Shown: one piece after another, positions 18,781 through 27,987 of the stretch | Position numbering within the stretch: position 1 is the stretch's first letter | How the letters are laid out: each line of letters opens with the position of its first letter | From: Verrucomicrobiota bacterium | GTDB taxonomy: Bacteria; Verrucomicrobiota; Verrucomicrobiia; Verrucomicrobiales; DEV007 | Direction: 5' to 3' | Length of the DNA stretch: 49,931 bases | NCBI GenBank assembly: GCA_045046875.1 | Contig: JASFYY010000059.1 | Span: forward strand, 1 to 49,931 | Program-made: the position numbers and the translations under genes | The notes under the pieces: generated by a model | What the model was told of the DNA's origin: nothing | Databases searched by the model: none | Seen by the model: only the letters and a program-made list of their open reading frames with translations

Positions 18781-19674
18781 CTATCTCCTATCTCCCTCCG
18801 CCATCCGACAAGCACGAATCGTATTCGCCATCAACATCGCAATCGTCATCACCCCCACCCCGCCCGGCACCGGTGTGATCGCCGCACACTTCGGCGCGAC
18901 TTTTTCATAGTCCACATCCCCGACCAAACGATAACCCCGCTTGGCGCTCGCATCCTCCACCCGGTTGATGCCCACATCGATCACCACCGCTCCTTCTTTA
19001 ACAAAATCTTCCGTGACAAATCCCGGACGTCCAATCGCCGCCACCAGGATATCAGCCTCACTCGCCACCTGGGCCAAATTCTCCGTGCGTGAATGCGCAA
19101 TCGTCACCGTGGCGTTGCCGCCTTCGCCTTTTTGCAATAACAACAATCCCAGGGATTTCCCCACCAACAAACTACGTCCAATGATGACCACGTTTTTTCC
19201 ACTGATGCCCATGCCGTTTTCGATCAACATGCGCTGACAACCCAAAGGGGTGCAAGGGGCAAAACCCGTCGCATCATCCATCGCCAGTTTGCCAATATTG
19301 ATGGGATGCAAACCATCGACATCCTTAGCCGGGGATATTTTAAGGATCACCTCATCCTCAGCCAGATGACCAGGCAATGGCAACTGAACCAAGATTCCGT
19401 GAATGGCATCATCGGCGTTCAACTTTTCAATCTCAGCAATCAAAGTCTCCTGGCTGCAGTCTTCCGGCAATTCAATCTTCACCGAATGCAAACCCAGCTC
19501 CTCACACTTGCGTTCCTTCGATCCGACATAAGCACGTGAAGCGGGATCGTCCCCCACCAGCACCACCGCCAAACCCGGCAAATGCCCCTCGGATTTCAGA
19601 AGCTCGAGCTCTTGCAAACATTCCTCATACACCTTCGCCGCGATCGGTTTCCCTTTTATCTGTTGTGTGTCCAT
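18781..19674 (-). CDS. folD: Bifunctional methylenetetrahydrofolate dehydrogenase/cyclohydrolase
   Basis: [42 protein letters not shown] and TPVPGGVG. Confidence 0.97.
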   Translation of the reverse strand: MDTQQIKGKPIAAKVYEECLQELELLKSEGHLPGLAVVLVGDDPASRAYVGSKERKCEELGLHSVKIELPEDCSQETLIAEIEKLNADDAIHGILVQLPLPGHLAEDEVILKISPAKDVDGLHPINIGKLAMDDATGFAPCTPLGCQRMLIENGMGISGKNVVIIGRSLLVGKSLGLLLLQKGEGGNATVTIAHSRTENLAQVASEADILVAAIGRPGFVTEDFVKEGAVVIDVGINRVEDASAKRGYRLVGDVDYEKVAPKCAAITPVPGGVGVMTIAMLMANTIRACRMAEGDRR

Positions 19675-19681
19675 GATCTTT

Positions 19682-20359
19682 TTATTGCTCTTGTTTGCCG
19701 CTCAACACTTTTTCAATGCGTAACCTTTCCGACTCAAACCTTTCATCGTCAATAGCAGAATCAATCGGCTGATACTTCCCCAAAGTGATCTGCACTTCAG
19801 AAAAAGGCTTGGGTATCCGAAAACGATCCCAGGACTTGAGTTGCCAGTAACTTTGGTAATCCACCAGAATCGGAAAAATCGCCGCCCCCGTTTTTTGCGC
19901 CAACTTGATAATGCCCGGCTGCAATTGGTAACTTGGCCCACGCGGCCCATCCGGAATGATCACCACATCGCGCCCGTCCCGAATCCATTTCACCAGCTCC
20001 ACCATCGCCTGACCACCTCGCCGTGAACTCGAACCGCGCACAGAAGAAACTCCAAAATTGCGCATCGTCTCAGCCAACACAGCACCATCCCTGCTCGCGC
20101 TGGTCAGCACCGCCCCATTACGGTCACTCAAATGTTTTCGATAGAGCCACGGCGTCACCAGTATCCGGTTGTGCCAAAAGGCCCAGATCAATGCCCCCGA
20201 TGGTCGTTGATCCAGAATACCGCTCTGATCCTTTACCTTTATCCTCAAGGAAAACGAGATCACCCGGATCACCGACGCAATCAAAAAACCCGTCACCCGC
20301 GTCTTGAATGGCAAATTCTCTGGCCGCAAAGGTTTTTCAGGCTTCATCTCGGAACTCAT
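19682..20359 (-). CDS. Lysophospholipid acyltransferase family protein (DUF374)
   Basis: AFWHNRI, SASRDG, VRGSSSR, PDGPRGP and [11 protein letters not shown]. Confidence 0.9.
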   Translation of the reverse strand: MSSEMKPEKPLRPENLPFKTRVTGFLIASVIRVISFSLRIKVKDQSGILDQRPSGALIWAFWHNRILVTPWLYRKHLSDRNGAVLTSASRDGAVLAETMRNFGVSSVRGSSSRRGGQAMVELVKWIRDGRDVVIIPDGPRGPSYQLQPGIIKLAQKTGAAIFPILVDYQSYWQLKSWDRFRIPKPFSEVQITLGKYQPIDSAIDDERFESERLRIEKVLSGKQEQ

Positions 20360-20393
20360 TCTGAACGTTATCTCCCAAGTCCTGAATTCTTCT

Positions 20394-21893
20394 TCACAGC
20401 AATCCCGCCTGCTTCAAATGAGTCGTCAGCTTCACCTGCCGCTCCAGTTTTTCTTGGTAAAAATCCACCCACTGCGGATCGGGTTGGCAACGGGTGGACT
20501 CATCCAGCTCCACCAAACGAGCCACCAGGCTCTGATAACTTTCTTCACTGCCCTGCTCCCTCGCCACCAATGCCGCCACCTGAATCGCCGCTCCCAGTCC
20601 CGCTCCTTCCGCCGTCGCCAGTGCCACCACCGGCACGCCAAACACATTGGCCGCGATCTGACGCCACGCCGCACTTTTGCTGCCGCCACCGGTCATGCGG
20701 ATCTCGGCCGGACTCATGCCCTGCTCGCGGAATCGTTTCAAACCATAAGCCAGACCCAGAGTCGCGCCCTCCATCGCCGCCCGTCCGATATTTCCCGGTG
20801 TCATGTTCTCCGTTGTTAAGCCATGAATCACCCCGCAACCGTCCGGCAAATTTGGTGTGCGTTCACCGGTCAAATAAGGCAAAAACTGCAAACCTTGAGC
20901 GCCTGGTTCCGCCGCCGTGATCTGCGCCTCCAGCTCATCCAGTTCCCAACCAAACATCGCCCGCACTTGCTCGGTCACCACCGTGACGTTCATCACACAG
21001 ACCAATGGCAACCACTGGTCGCTGCTGTCACAAAAAGCCGCGATCTCCCCCTTGGGATCGATCACCGGCGAATCCATACAGCCATACAAAGTGCCCGAAG
21101 TCCCCAGACTCGCTGTGATCACTCCCGGTTTCACATTACCGGTCCCAATCGCGCCCATCATGTTGTCCCCGCCACCCGCGCTGATCACGACCTCTCCACT
21201 GAGCCCCCAGGCTTCACTGCATTCTGCGCTCAACAGACCGTTGCGTTCATTGGATGAAGCCAGCTCTGGCAACATTTCCCTCACCCTAGGGTCGATAAAA
21301 TCCATCAGCTCATCACACCACTCCCGACTGCGCACATTCATCAGTCCGGTGCCCGAAGCGTCGCCATACTCCATCCGCTTCACCCCACTCAATTTAAAGT
21401 TGAGGTAATCATGTGGCAACAACACCGTCTTCACCCGCTCAAAATTTTCAGGCTCGTTTTGTTTCAGCCACAAAAGCTTGGGTGCGGTGTAACCGGGCAA
21501 AATCGGATTGCCTGCCAACTCAATCAATCCCGCCGAGCCAGCAAAAGCCGCTGCAAATTGTTCGCATTGATCCACCGTCGATGTATCGCACCAAAGTTTA
21601 GCCGGACGGATCACCTCATCGTTTTCATCCAATACCACCAAACCATGTTGCTGGCCGCTCACCCCGATGCCACGCACCTGGTCTTTTTTATCCCCCAACT
21701 GACTCAAACAAGAGCGCACCGTGCTGTCCACCGCCTGCCACCAATCCTGCGGATGCTGCTCCATGTGTCCCGCAGGCAAACCCTCGATCAAATCGTAGGC
21801 CTCTTGCGCCGAAATCACAATCTCTCCCGACTCCACATCCAAAACCAAAGCCTTAGTGCTCTGCGTACCACTATCAATCCCAATAAAATACAT
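20394..21893 (-). CDS. xylB: Xylulokinase (FGGY family)
   Basis: GIDSGTQSTK, SGQQHGLV, LWCDT, TAPKLLWL, GGGDN, SLGTSGT and GERTPNLP. Confidence 0.92.
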   Translation of the reverse strand: MYFIGIDSGTQSTKALVLDVESGEIVISAQEAYDLIEGLPAGHMEQHPQDWWQAVDSTVRSCLSQLGDKKDQVRGIGVSGQQHGLVVLDENDEVIRPAKLWCDTSTVDQCEQFAAAFAGSAGLIELAGNPILPGYTAPKLLWLKQNEPENFERVKTVLLPHDYLNFKLSGVKRMEYGDASGTGLMNVRSREWCDELMDFIDPRVREMLPELASSNERNGLLSAECSEAWGLSGEVVISAGGGDNMMGAIGTGNVKPGVITASLGTSGTLYGCMDSPVIDPKGEIAAFCDSSDQWLPLVCVMNVTVVTEQVRAMFGWELDELEAQITAAEPGAQGLQFLPYLTGERTPNLPDGCGVIHGLTTENMTPGNIGRAAMEGATLGLAYGLKRFREQGMSPAEIRMTGGGSKSAAWRQIAANVFGVPVVALATAEGAGLGAAIQVAALVAREQGSEESYQSLVARLVELDESTRCQPDPQWVDFYQEKLERQVKLTTHLKQAGLL

Positions 21894-21940
21894 ATCTCCT
21901 ATCTCCTGAATTCTATCTACTGAATCCTGAGCCCTAAATC

Positions 21941-22603
21941 TCAGCCATTCAACAAACCTTCTTTCAGCGCCTTGGCCACCGCACCGGTCATCGTATTAAC
22001 ATGCAATTTGCTGTAAATCCCACGGATGTGTTTGTCCACGGTATGAAAACTCAGATCCAAACGATCGGCGATCTCCTTTTTAGTCAAACCCTCCACCATC
22101 TGATCCAGCACCTCGGTTTCCCTGACGGTCAAGCCATAGTCCTTGTTCGATGGCGCCACCTTGCTGAACATCTCCAGCACCCGTCGTGCGATGCGTGCAT
22201 TCATCGGCGCTCCACCAGCCATCACTTCCCTGATCGCTTCAGGGATCTCCGTCATGCTCGAAGTCTTGAGCAAGTACCCGGAAGCCCCCGCACAAATCGC
22301 CCGGAAAACCCGGTCATTGTCATCAAACACAGAAAAAACCAATATTTCAATATCCGGCAAACTCGCTTTGATCCGCTCAATCCCTTCGATACCGCTCATG
22401 CCTGGCAAGCCTAAATCAAGCAGGATCACCTGCGGCCGCGCACCATCCACCAACACCTTGAACGCATCCTCACAGCGATCAAATTGGTTGCTGCATTCCA
22501 TGTCCTTCTCCCGCCCCAATACTCGCGCCACCGTTCGGCGCAAGGTCTCATTATCCTCGATCACCCAGACATCTATCGGTGCTTTTTTTTCGGTTTTGCT
22601 CAT
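21941..22603 (-). CDS. NarL/LuxR-family response regulator
   Basis: Receiver domain (IEDN, LLDLGLPG, GASGYLLK) plus LuxR HTH (LTVRETEVL...IYSKLHV). Confidence 0.95.
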   Translation of the reverse strand: MSKTEKKAPIDVWVIEDNETLRRTVARVLGREKDMECSNQFDRCEDAFKVLVDGARPQVILLDLGLPGMSGIEGIERIKASLPDIEILVFSVFDDNDRVFRAICAGASGYLLKTSSMTEIPEAIREVMAGGAPMNARIARRVLEMFSKVAPSNKDYGLTVRETEVLDQMVEGLTKKEIADRLDLSFHTVDKHIRGIYSKLHVNTMTGAVAKALKEGLLNG

Positions 22604-22670
22604 GACTTGCTGGGACTATAACACAAACATCAACATTCATCGCTCGGTATTTATTCAACAATCTACTGCT

Positions 22671-24779
22671 CTAGGGCAGCAAAGCGGACAAGATAATCAT
22701 CGTGCCCTCACCTTGCCCGCTCTTCACTTCAATCTCAGCTCCGAGATGCTCAGCACGTTGCCGGATATTGAACAAACCATTGCCACGGCGGAAATCCTCA
22801 CCGTCTTCAGAAAACCCCTGTCCATTGTCTTTGACGATCAAAGACAGGTTTTTCTTTTCCAAAGTCAAACGGATCTCCACCTTACTCGCCTTAGCGTGTT
22901 TGACCGTATTGTTGAGCACCTCCTTGAAGATCAAAAACAAATCCCGGCGAAAACCCAAAGGCACCGCTCCGGCATCCTCCACCCCTTCAATCACAAAATC
23001 ATACTCCGTATTTTTCAACATCCGCGCCGCCGTTTCGCGGAAATGCCGCAAAAAATCCTTCCAACTTTCATCCCCGGGCCGAATCAACCAAACAATGTCC
23101 CGCATCGATTCCACCGTCTGGTCCGCGGTCAGTTTGATTTGCTCAAATTCCGACCGGGCCAAAACCGGATCATCCAGCTCGGATCCTCCCAATTCAGCGA
23201 GCAAAGCGATACTGCTCAGATTACTACCAATGTCATCATGCAAATCGCTGGCGATTTGATTGCGCAACGATTCCATCTTCTTTAGTTGTTTCACCCGCGA
23301 CCGCAGCATCCCCACCACCAACAGCAAACCCACCGCAGCCAGCGCAGCTATCGAAATACGAAAACCCAGAAAAACCGCCCGCTCGACCAGAGCCTCCCGC
23401 CGTTCGTCCAAGGCCCGCCACTCCTCGATCAAATTCCCCCGGAGATTCAAATTCTCCAACCACACATTCAATGGAGAAAGAAGAAAACGACTGCTATACC
23501 CATCAACCAGAAAACGCCCGCCCCACTTGCCTCGTTCCAAACTATCCATTGCTCTCACTTTTTTGCCCAGAGCCACGTTCTCATTACCCGAATAAACCTG
23601 CAGCTCAGCCAAGGCGAAAGTCAGGCCTCCGTTCGCACGATGACGCTTCACCAATACACGGACATAACGCCCGCTCACCCCGTCCACCGGACAGGTCACC
23701 GGATTGTCCCCCGGGTTCCTGAAATTAAAAGGAGCAAAAGACGCCACCGTCACACTCTCACGAAAATCCGGGTCACTCGAAATCTGAATTTCGAATTTTT
23801 CCGGAAAACCGGTATTCAAATCAAACACAAAATTATCCGGATTGGCCGGGATCAAATTCACCTCATCGATCACCTGTTCCTGCCCCAGATCCACCTGCAC
23901 CCATTTTTTATCAACCTTTTTGCTCGCCTGGGAAGAATAACCAAAACTAGGACTGACCTCAGGCGAATAAGCTATGCCGAGAGGCGTGCGCCCATCATTC
24001 ACAAAACGCCGCGACCACAAAGCGCCGCGTTCCACACTGTCACGTGAAGTAACCCGCTTACGACAACTAAGGTTACGCGCCCCTTTTAATACCATCAACT
24101 CCGCCAGCGCAAACAACTCGCCACCCGAACCTCCATCGCCTGAACCCCATAACCGGGTCACCGTCAGGCGCACATATCGCCCGGTCATGCTGGGCGGAGT
24201 TTTGACAAAAAACGGAGCCTGACGAAAAACCTCAGCCCCTTCGTTGTTGTACTCCACCAGGGTTTCATAAGTGGCGAAACTTTCATCATCCGAAATGTCC
24301 ACCCGAAAAGCTTTAGGGAAACCATAACCCGGCACCGAACGCCCTTGAAACTGCACCGTCACCGGAATCAAAGCCAAAGCATCAGGTTCGATCTCACGCC
24401 CGAAATCCAACTGCACCCACTTGGGGCGCTTGCGGTTGGGGTTGGCGTGATAACCAAACTCCACCGGTTTGACCGACTGCATCGCAAACTGAGGCAAATT
24501 TTCAAGCTCACCCACAATCACCGATTGACGCAACTCCAAATGACGCAATTCAGAGCTGATCATTCGCGCCAAACGGTCTCCCAGTCCCGACCTTGAGCGC
24601 AGCGCTGGCTCCAACAAATCAGACGGCATTTCAACCGGAACCTCCTCATCCTCACCATTCTCATCCACCTCCGCCAAAACAGCAGGAGGTTGGCTGAACA
24701 TCAAACCCAGACAAACAAACAGGCTGCCGACAAAAGCCCCGTTTTTTATTTTACATCCTGCCACCGCGCTGCGATTCAT
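22671..24779 (-). CDS. Sensor histidine kinase (HisKA_3) with two extracytoplasmic discoidin/F5-8-like domains
   Basis: IASDLHDDIGSNLS H-box, EVLNNTVKHA and DNGQG; two WVQ.D.G...GFP..F...S.D..F...GRYVR...ALAEL repeats; TM helix before the kinase domain. Confidence 0.92.
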   Translation of the reverse strand: MNRSAVAGCKIKNGAFVGSLFVCLGLMFSQPPAVLAEVDENGEDEEVPVEMPSDLLEPALRSRSGLGDRLARMISSELRHLELRQSVIVGELENLPQFAMQSVKPVEFGYHANPNRKRPKWVQLDFGREIEPDALALIPVTVQFQGRSVPGYGFPKAFRVDISDDESFATYETLVEYNNEGAEVFRQAPFFVKTPPSMTGRYVRLTVTRLWGSGDGGSGGELFALAELMVLKGARNLSCRKRVTSRDSVERGALWSRRFVNDGRTPLGIAYSPEVSPSFGYSSQASKKVDKKWVQVDLGQEQVIDEVNLIPANPDNFVFDLNTGFPEKFEIQISSDPDFRESVTVASFAPFNFRNPGDNPVTCPVDGVSGRYVRVLVKRHRANGGLTFALAELQVYSGNENVALGKKVRAMDSLERGKWGGRFLVDGYSSRFLLSPLNVWLENLNLRGNLIEEWRALDERREALVERAVFLGFRISIAALAAVGLLLVVGMLRSRVKQLKKMESLRNQIASDLHDDIGSNLSSIALLAELGGSELDDPVLARSEFEQIKLTADQTVESMRDIVWLIRPGDESWKDFLRHFRETAARMLKNTEYDFVIEGVEDAGAVPLGFRRDLFLIFKEVLNNTVKHAKASKVEIRLTLEKKNLSLIVKDNGQGFSEDGEDFRRGNGLFNIRQRAEHLGAEIEVKSGQGEGTMIILSALLP

Positions 24780-26092
24780 TTTTCAATCCGATACAGGCCC
24801 TCTCCATTACGCAAATAAATTGCCTTGCCCAAAGCCACCGGACTCGCCATCACCGCAGTGCCCATATCATTTTCCGCCAGATTTTGATAAGTATCGCCCG
24901 GCTTGACCACCTGCACCTTGCCTTCCTGACTGCACAAATAAAGGAGCCCATCAGCAAACAAAGGAGAAGCTGAATAATTGCCATTCAAGCGCTGCTGCCA
25001 AACCACTTTGCCACTCATTGCATCCAGACAGGACAAAATCCCGTTATCGCTGACAAAATAAAGCTGCTTGCCCACCAGGACCGGCGAAGGCATCCTGGGC
25101 ACCCCTTTTTTGTGACGCCACACTTCCTCCGGTTTATTTTCTCCCTTCAGCTTCAACGCCAACATCTCAGTCTTGCCAAAACCCGTCGACAGAAACAACA
25201 TGCCCTCGGCAAAAACCGGACGCGGCACATTGGAAAAACCCAACTTTCCATACTGGAATTTCCACAGCTCCCGCCCCGTCGCAGGATCGTAAGCATACAG
25301 CCAGTCCGCAGCCGGGGATATCAGTTGGGTTTTGCCGTCGACCTCCACCAATAAAGGCGTGGCATAAGACTTCCGCAGTTGCGGGTTGTCCCGCAAATCT
25401 CCACTGCGCGGAGTTTTCCAAACCACTTTTCCATCTTCCGCCCCCACCGCAACGATGTATTGCTCATCGCTGCCGTCCATGTGAAAAATCATCAAATCCT
25501 GCCAAACCACCGGCGTGCTGCCCGGGCCATTTTCGTGATTCACTTTGAGCTTGGTGTTTGTCCACAACACCTTAGCCGTTTTGATATCCACACAGGCGCT
25601 TCCCAGCGCTCCGAAATGACAAAACAAACGCCCCTTGGACACCACCGGTGACGGCGAAGCATAACTGTTAAGTTTATGCACCCATTGCGGATCATCCAGC
25701 CCCAGCAACTCAATATCATGCAGAATCTTTCCCGTCGCTTGATCCACTGCGATCGCGCGCAAACTAACGTGGGACAAAAGTGTCAGAGGTTGATCCCCTA
25801 CATTGTCTTTTTTGCGTTCCTTGGCCTGTTCCTCGCTCGCCTGCGTTTCGATCGCCGTGGTCACCCAAATCTTGCCCCCGCTGAACACCGGCGATGAATA
25901 CCCGCGTCCCGGCAAAGCCGCTTTCCACACCACGCTTTCAGTTGTCGACCACTTGACCGGCAAATCACTGGCTCCAGGCGCATGCCCCTGTCCATCCTCC
26001 CCTCGCCATTGCGGCCACTCATCTTCGGCATGCCCCGTCAAAGCAGGCAATAGAACAACCAACAGGCAAAAAGGCAGCACTCTCATCATCAT
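24776..26092 (-). CDS. Secreted PQQ-binding-like beta-propeller protein (BamB-like repeats)
   Basis: DEWPQWRG, GYSSP, NSYASPSP and YSASPL; signal peptide. Start about 26092; ATGA overlap with the kinase gene. Confidence 0.88.
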   Translation of the reverse strand: MMMRVLPFCLLVVLLPALTGHAEDEWPQWRGEDGQGHAPGASDLPVKWSTTESVVWKAALPGRGYSSPVFSGGKIWVTTAIETQASEEQAKERKKDNVGDQPLTLLSHVSLRAIAVDQATGKILHDIELLGLDDPQWVHKLNSYASPSPVVSKGRLFCHFGALGSACVDIKTAKVLWTNTKLKVNHENGPGSTPVVWQDLMIFHMDGSDEQYIVAVGAEDGKVVWKTPRSGDLRDNPQLRKSYATPLLVEVDGKTQLISPAADWLYAYDPATGRELWKFQYGKLGFSNVPRPVFAEGMLFLSTGFGKTEMLALKLKGENKPEEVWRHKKGVPRMPSPVLVGKQLYFVSDNGILSCLDAMSGKVVWQQRLNGNYSASPLFADGLLYLCSQEGKVQVVKPGDTYQNLAENDMGTAVMASPVALGKAIYLRNGEGLYRIEK

Positions 26093-26207
26093 CCCGCCAA
26101 CATGCCACGCCTGCCCCACTCATCAAGCCCGTAGGATAGATTTCCAAATCTGTCCACGCGGCCCCAACAATTCACAAACAACCCTCACTCAACCCGCTCT
26201 CCCCCTC

Positions 26208-27509
26208 TCAAATCCCCACCTTGCCCGTGCTCACCCCATTAAAATCGTCCGTCTCCACCCCCATCAACTGCGCCAACGACAACAACAGATTTGCATGCGG
26301 CGTACCTGCCACGTTCTCAATCACCTCCTGCCGATGTTTCAATCCCCCCCCCGCTCCACCTGCCAACAACAGCGGGATATTTTTAGCCACATGCCCATTC
26401 CCATCTTTCATCCCCGATCCAAACAACACCACACTGTTATGCAATAGACTGCCATTGCCCTCATCCACCGCATCCATCTTCTCCAACAAATAAGCGAACT
26501 GCTGCACATACCAGCGACTCACGATCAAATATTCATCAATCACCTCTGCTTTGTTTTTGTGATGGGACATCGCATGGTGATCCCCGTTCACTCCCTGCAA
26601 AAAACTGAAGTTCAAACGACTGAAACCATGAGCCATCATAAAAGTTGCCACCCGCGTCGAATCCGTCTGCAAAGCCAGCACCATTAAATCCGCCATCATC
26701 TGCAAATATTCCGCGCGATCCTGCGGAATACTCGTCGGTGGACGCTTGAGTTCAGGAGTCGTGGGAGGAATCCAATCCCGCTGAGGTGGATTCAAGGATT
26801 TCTCTATTCTCACCTCCACTTGCCGAACCCCCTCCAGATACTCATCGATTTTTTCACGATCCGCTGCGCTCACCCTTTTTTGCAACCGTCGGGTGTCCTC
26901 CAGCACAAAATCAACCACACTTTTACGGTTCTCATCCTGCTGCTTCGCCGAAGCTTGGGTCTGGCGACGAAACAAGCGATCAAAAACCAAATACGGATGA
27001 ATTTCAGGCGAGATCCGGCTTGTCGACGAAGACCAGGACACCGTATTGGCGTAAGAAATCGGCTCCCCGCTGGCATTACCCTGTCGCGGTGATTCCGTTC
27101 CCAATGTGATCGAAGGAAACAAAGTAGCCTCCCCCAAGTGACGAGCCGCCATCTGATCCAGTGAAATAGCCGCTTTTTTCCCCGTCACCGGCACCCCTGA
27201 CAGAAACGAACTCGTCAACTGCACATGCCCTCGCCCGGTATTATCCAAACCACGAACCAAACTGATTTGATCTGCCAATTTTGACAAAGGGGACAGCAGT
27301 GACGCAGCCGCTCTATCACCACCCCGAGGCAAGCCCGCGTCCCACGCCGCAGGGTACATACCGTTTGGCTGAAACACACAACACAATCGCCGGGGCGGAG
27401 CCTTGTTGGACAAACCGTCATTGCCCATCACTTCCAAATAAGGCAAAGCCAGAGTCGCGCCCAAACCGCGCAACATTCGTCTCCGGGAAATTTTCCATGA
27501 ACTTGCCAT
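26208..27509 (-). CDS. DUF1552 domain protein (Tat-like N-terminus)
   Basis: ISRRRMLRGLGATLALPYLE, PNG, SLDQ, TDSTRVATFM, HHAMSHH and GNGH. Start set at ATG 27509. Confidence 0.9.
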   Translation of the reverse strand: MASSWKISRRRMLRGLGATLALPYLEVMGNDGLSNKAPPRRLCCVFQPNGMYPAAWDAGLPRGGDRAAASLLSPLSKLADQISLVRGLDNTGRGHVQLTSSFLSGVPVTGKKAAISLDQMAARHLGEATLFPSITLGTESPRQGNASGEPISYANTVSWSSSTSRISPEIHPYLVFDRLFRRQTQASAKQQDENRKSVVDFVLEDTRRLQKRVSAADREKIDEYLEGVRQVEVRIEKSLNPPQRDWIPPTTPELKRPPTSIPQDRAEYLQMMADLMVLALQTDSTRVATFMMAHGFSRLNFSFLQGVNGDHHAMSHHKNKAEVIDEYLIVSRWYVQQFAYLLEKMDAVDEGNGSLLHNSVVLFGSGMKDGNGHVAKNIPLLLAGGAGGGLKHRQEVIENVAGTPHANLLLSLAQLMGVETDDFNGVSTGKVGI

Positions 27510-27566
27510 CGCTGGACAATATACAGCCAAATGCCTATCTCTCCGCAAAAAATATGCCTTTTCTAT

Positions 27567-27596
27567 TGACCCCTAGCATTATTCTTGCCTATTAAC
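27567..27596 (+). promoter_or_regulatory. Candidate sigma70 promoter of the 27665-27985 gene
   Basis: TTGACC-N18-TATTAA about 70 bp upstream of the ATG. Confidence 0.4.
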
Positions 27597-27664
27597 ATGA
27601 ATCTGAGATTGATTCTCCACTCTGGTTTTTCCATCTCTCTCCCAACTCAATACTCCTTAATACT

Positions 27665-27985
27665 ATGTCTATAATCGGCGGAATTTTAATGGCTATAGGT
27701 GGCATCATCATGGTCATCTTTAGCATCATCATCATCATCAAAGCTTTCAAAACATCCATCTGGTGGGGGCTCGGCAGCCTGTTTGTCCCTTTTGTCAGCC
27801 TGGTTTTTGTCATCATGAACTGGCCGATGTGCAAAAAACCTTTTCTTAGCATGCTTGGTGGAGCTTTGATCTACGGCATTGGAACAGCAATGCTCATGCC
27901 CACCCTCATGAAAAATGCCCAAGAGCAAATAGAAAATGCTCAGCAGCAAATGGAGCAACAGGGGCAAGCGACTCCCACTCCCTGA
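27665..27985 (+). CDS. Small membrane protein (three hydrophobic segments, Gln-rich tail)
   Basis: 106 aa; AFKTSIWWGLGSLFVPFVSLVFVIMNW pattern; candidate promoter upstream. Confidence 0.8.
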   Translation: MSIIGGILMAIGGIIMVIFSIIIIIKAFKTSIWWGLGSLFVPFVSLVFVIMNWPMCKKPFLSMLGGALIYGIGTAMLMPTLMKNAQEQIENAQQQMEQQGQATPTP

Positions 27986-27987
27986 AT

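Noticed and set aside
22143..24047. Long + strand ORFs (380, 185 and 253 aa)
   Set aside because: Antisense shadows of the response regulator and kinase, with no recognisable motifs.
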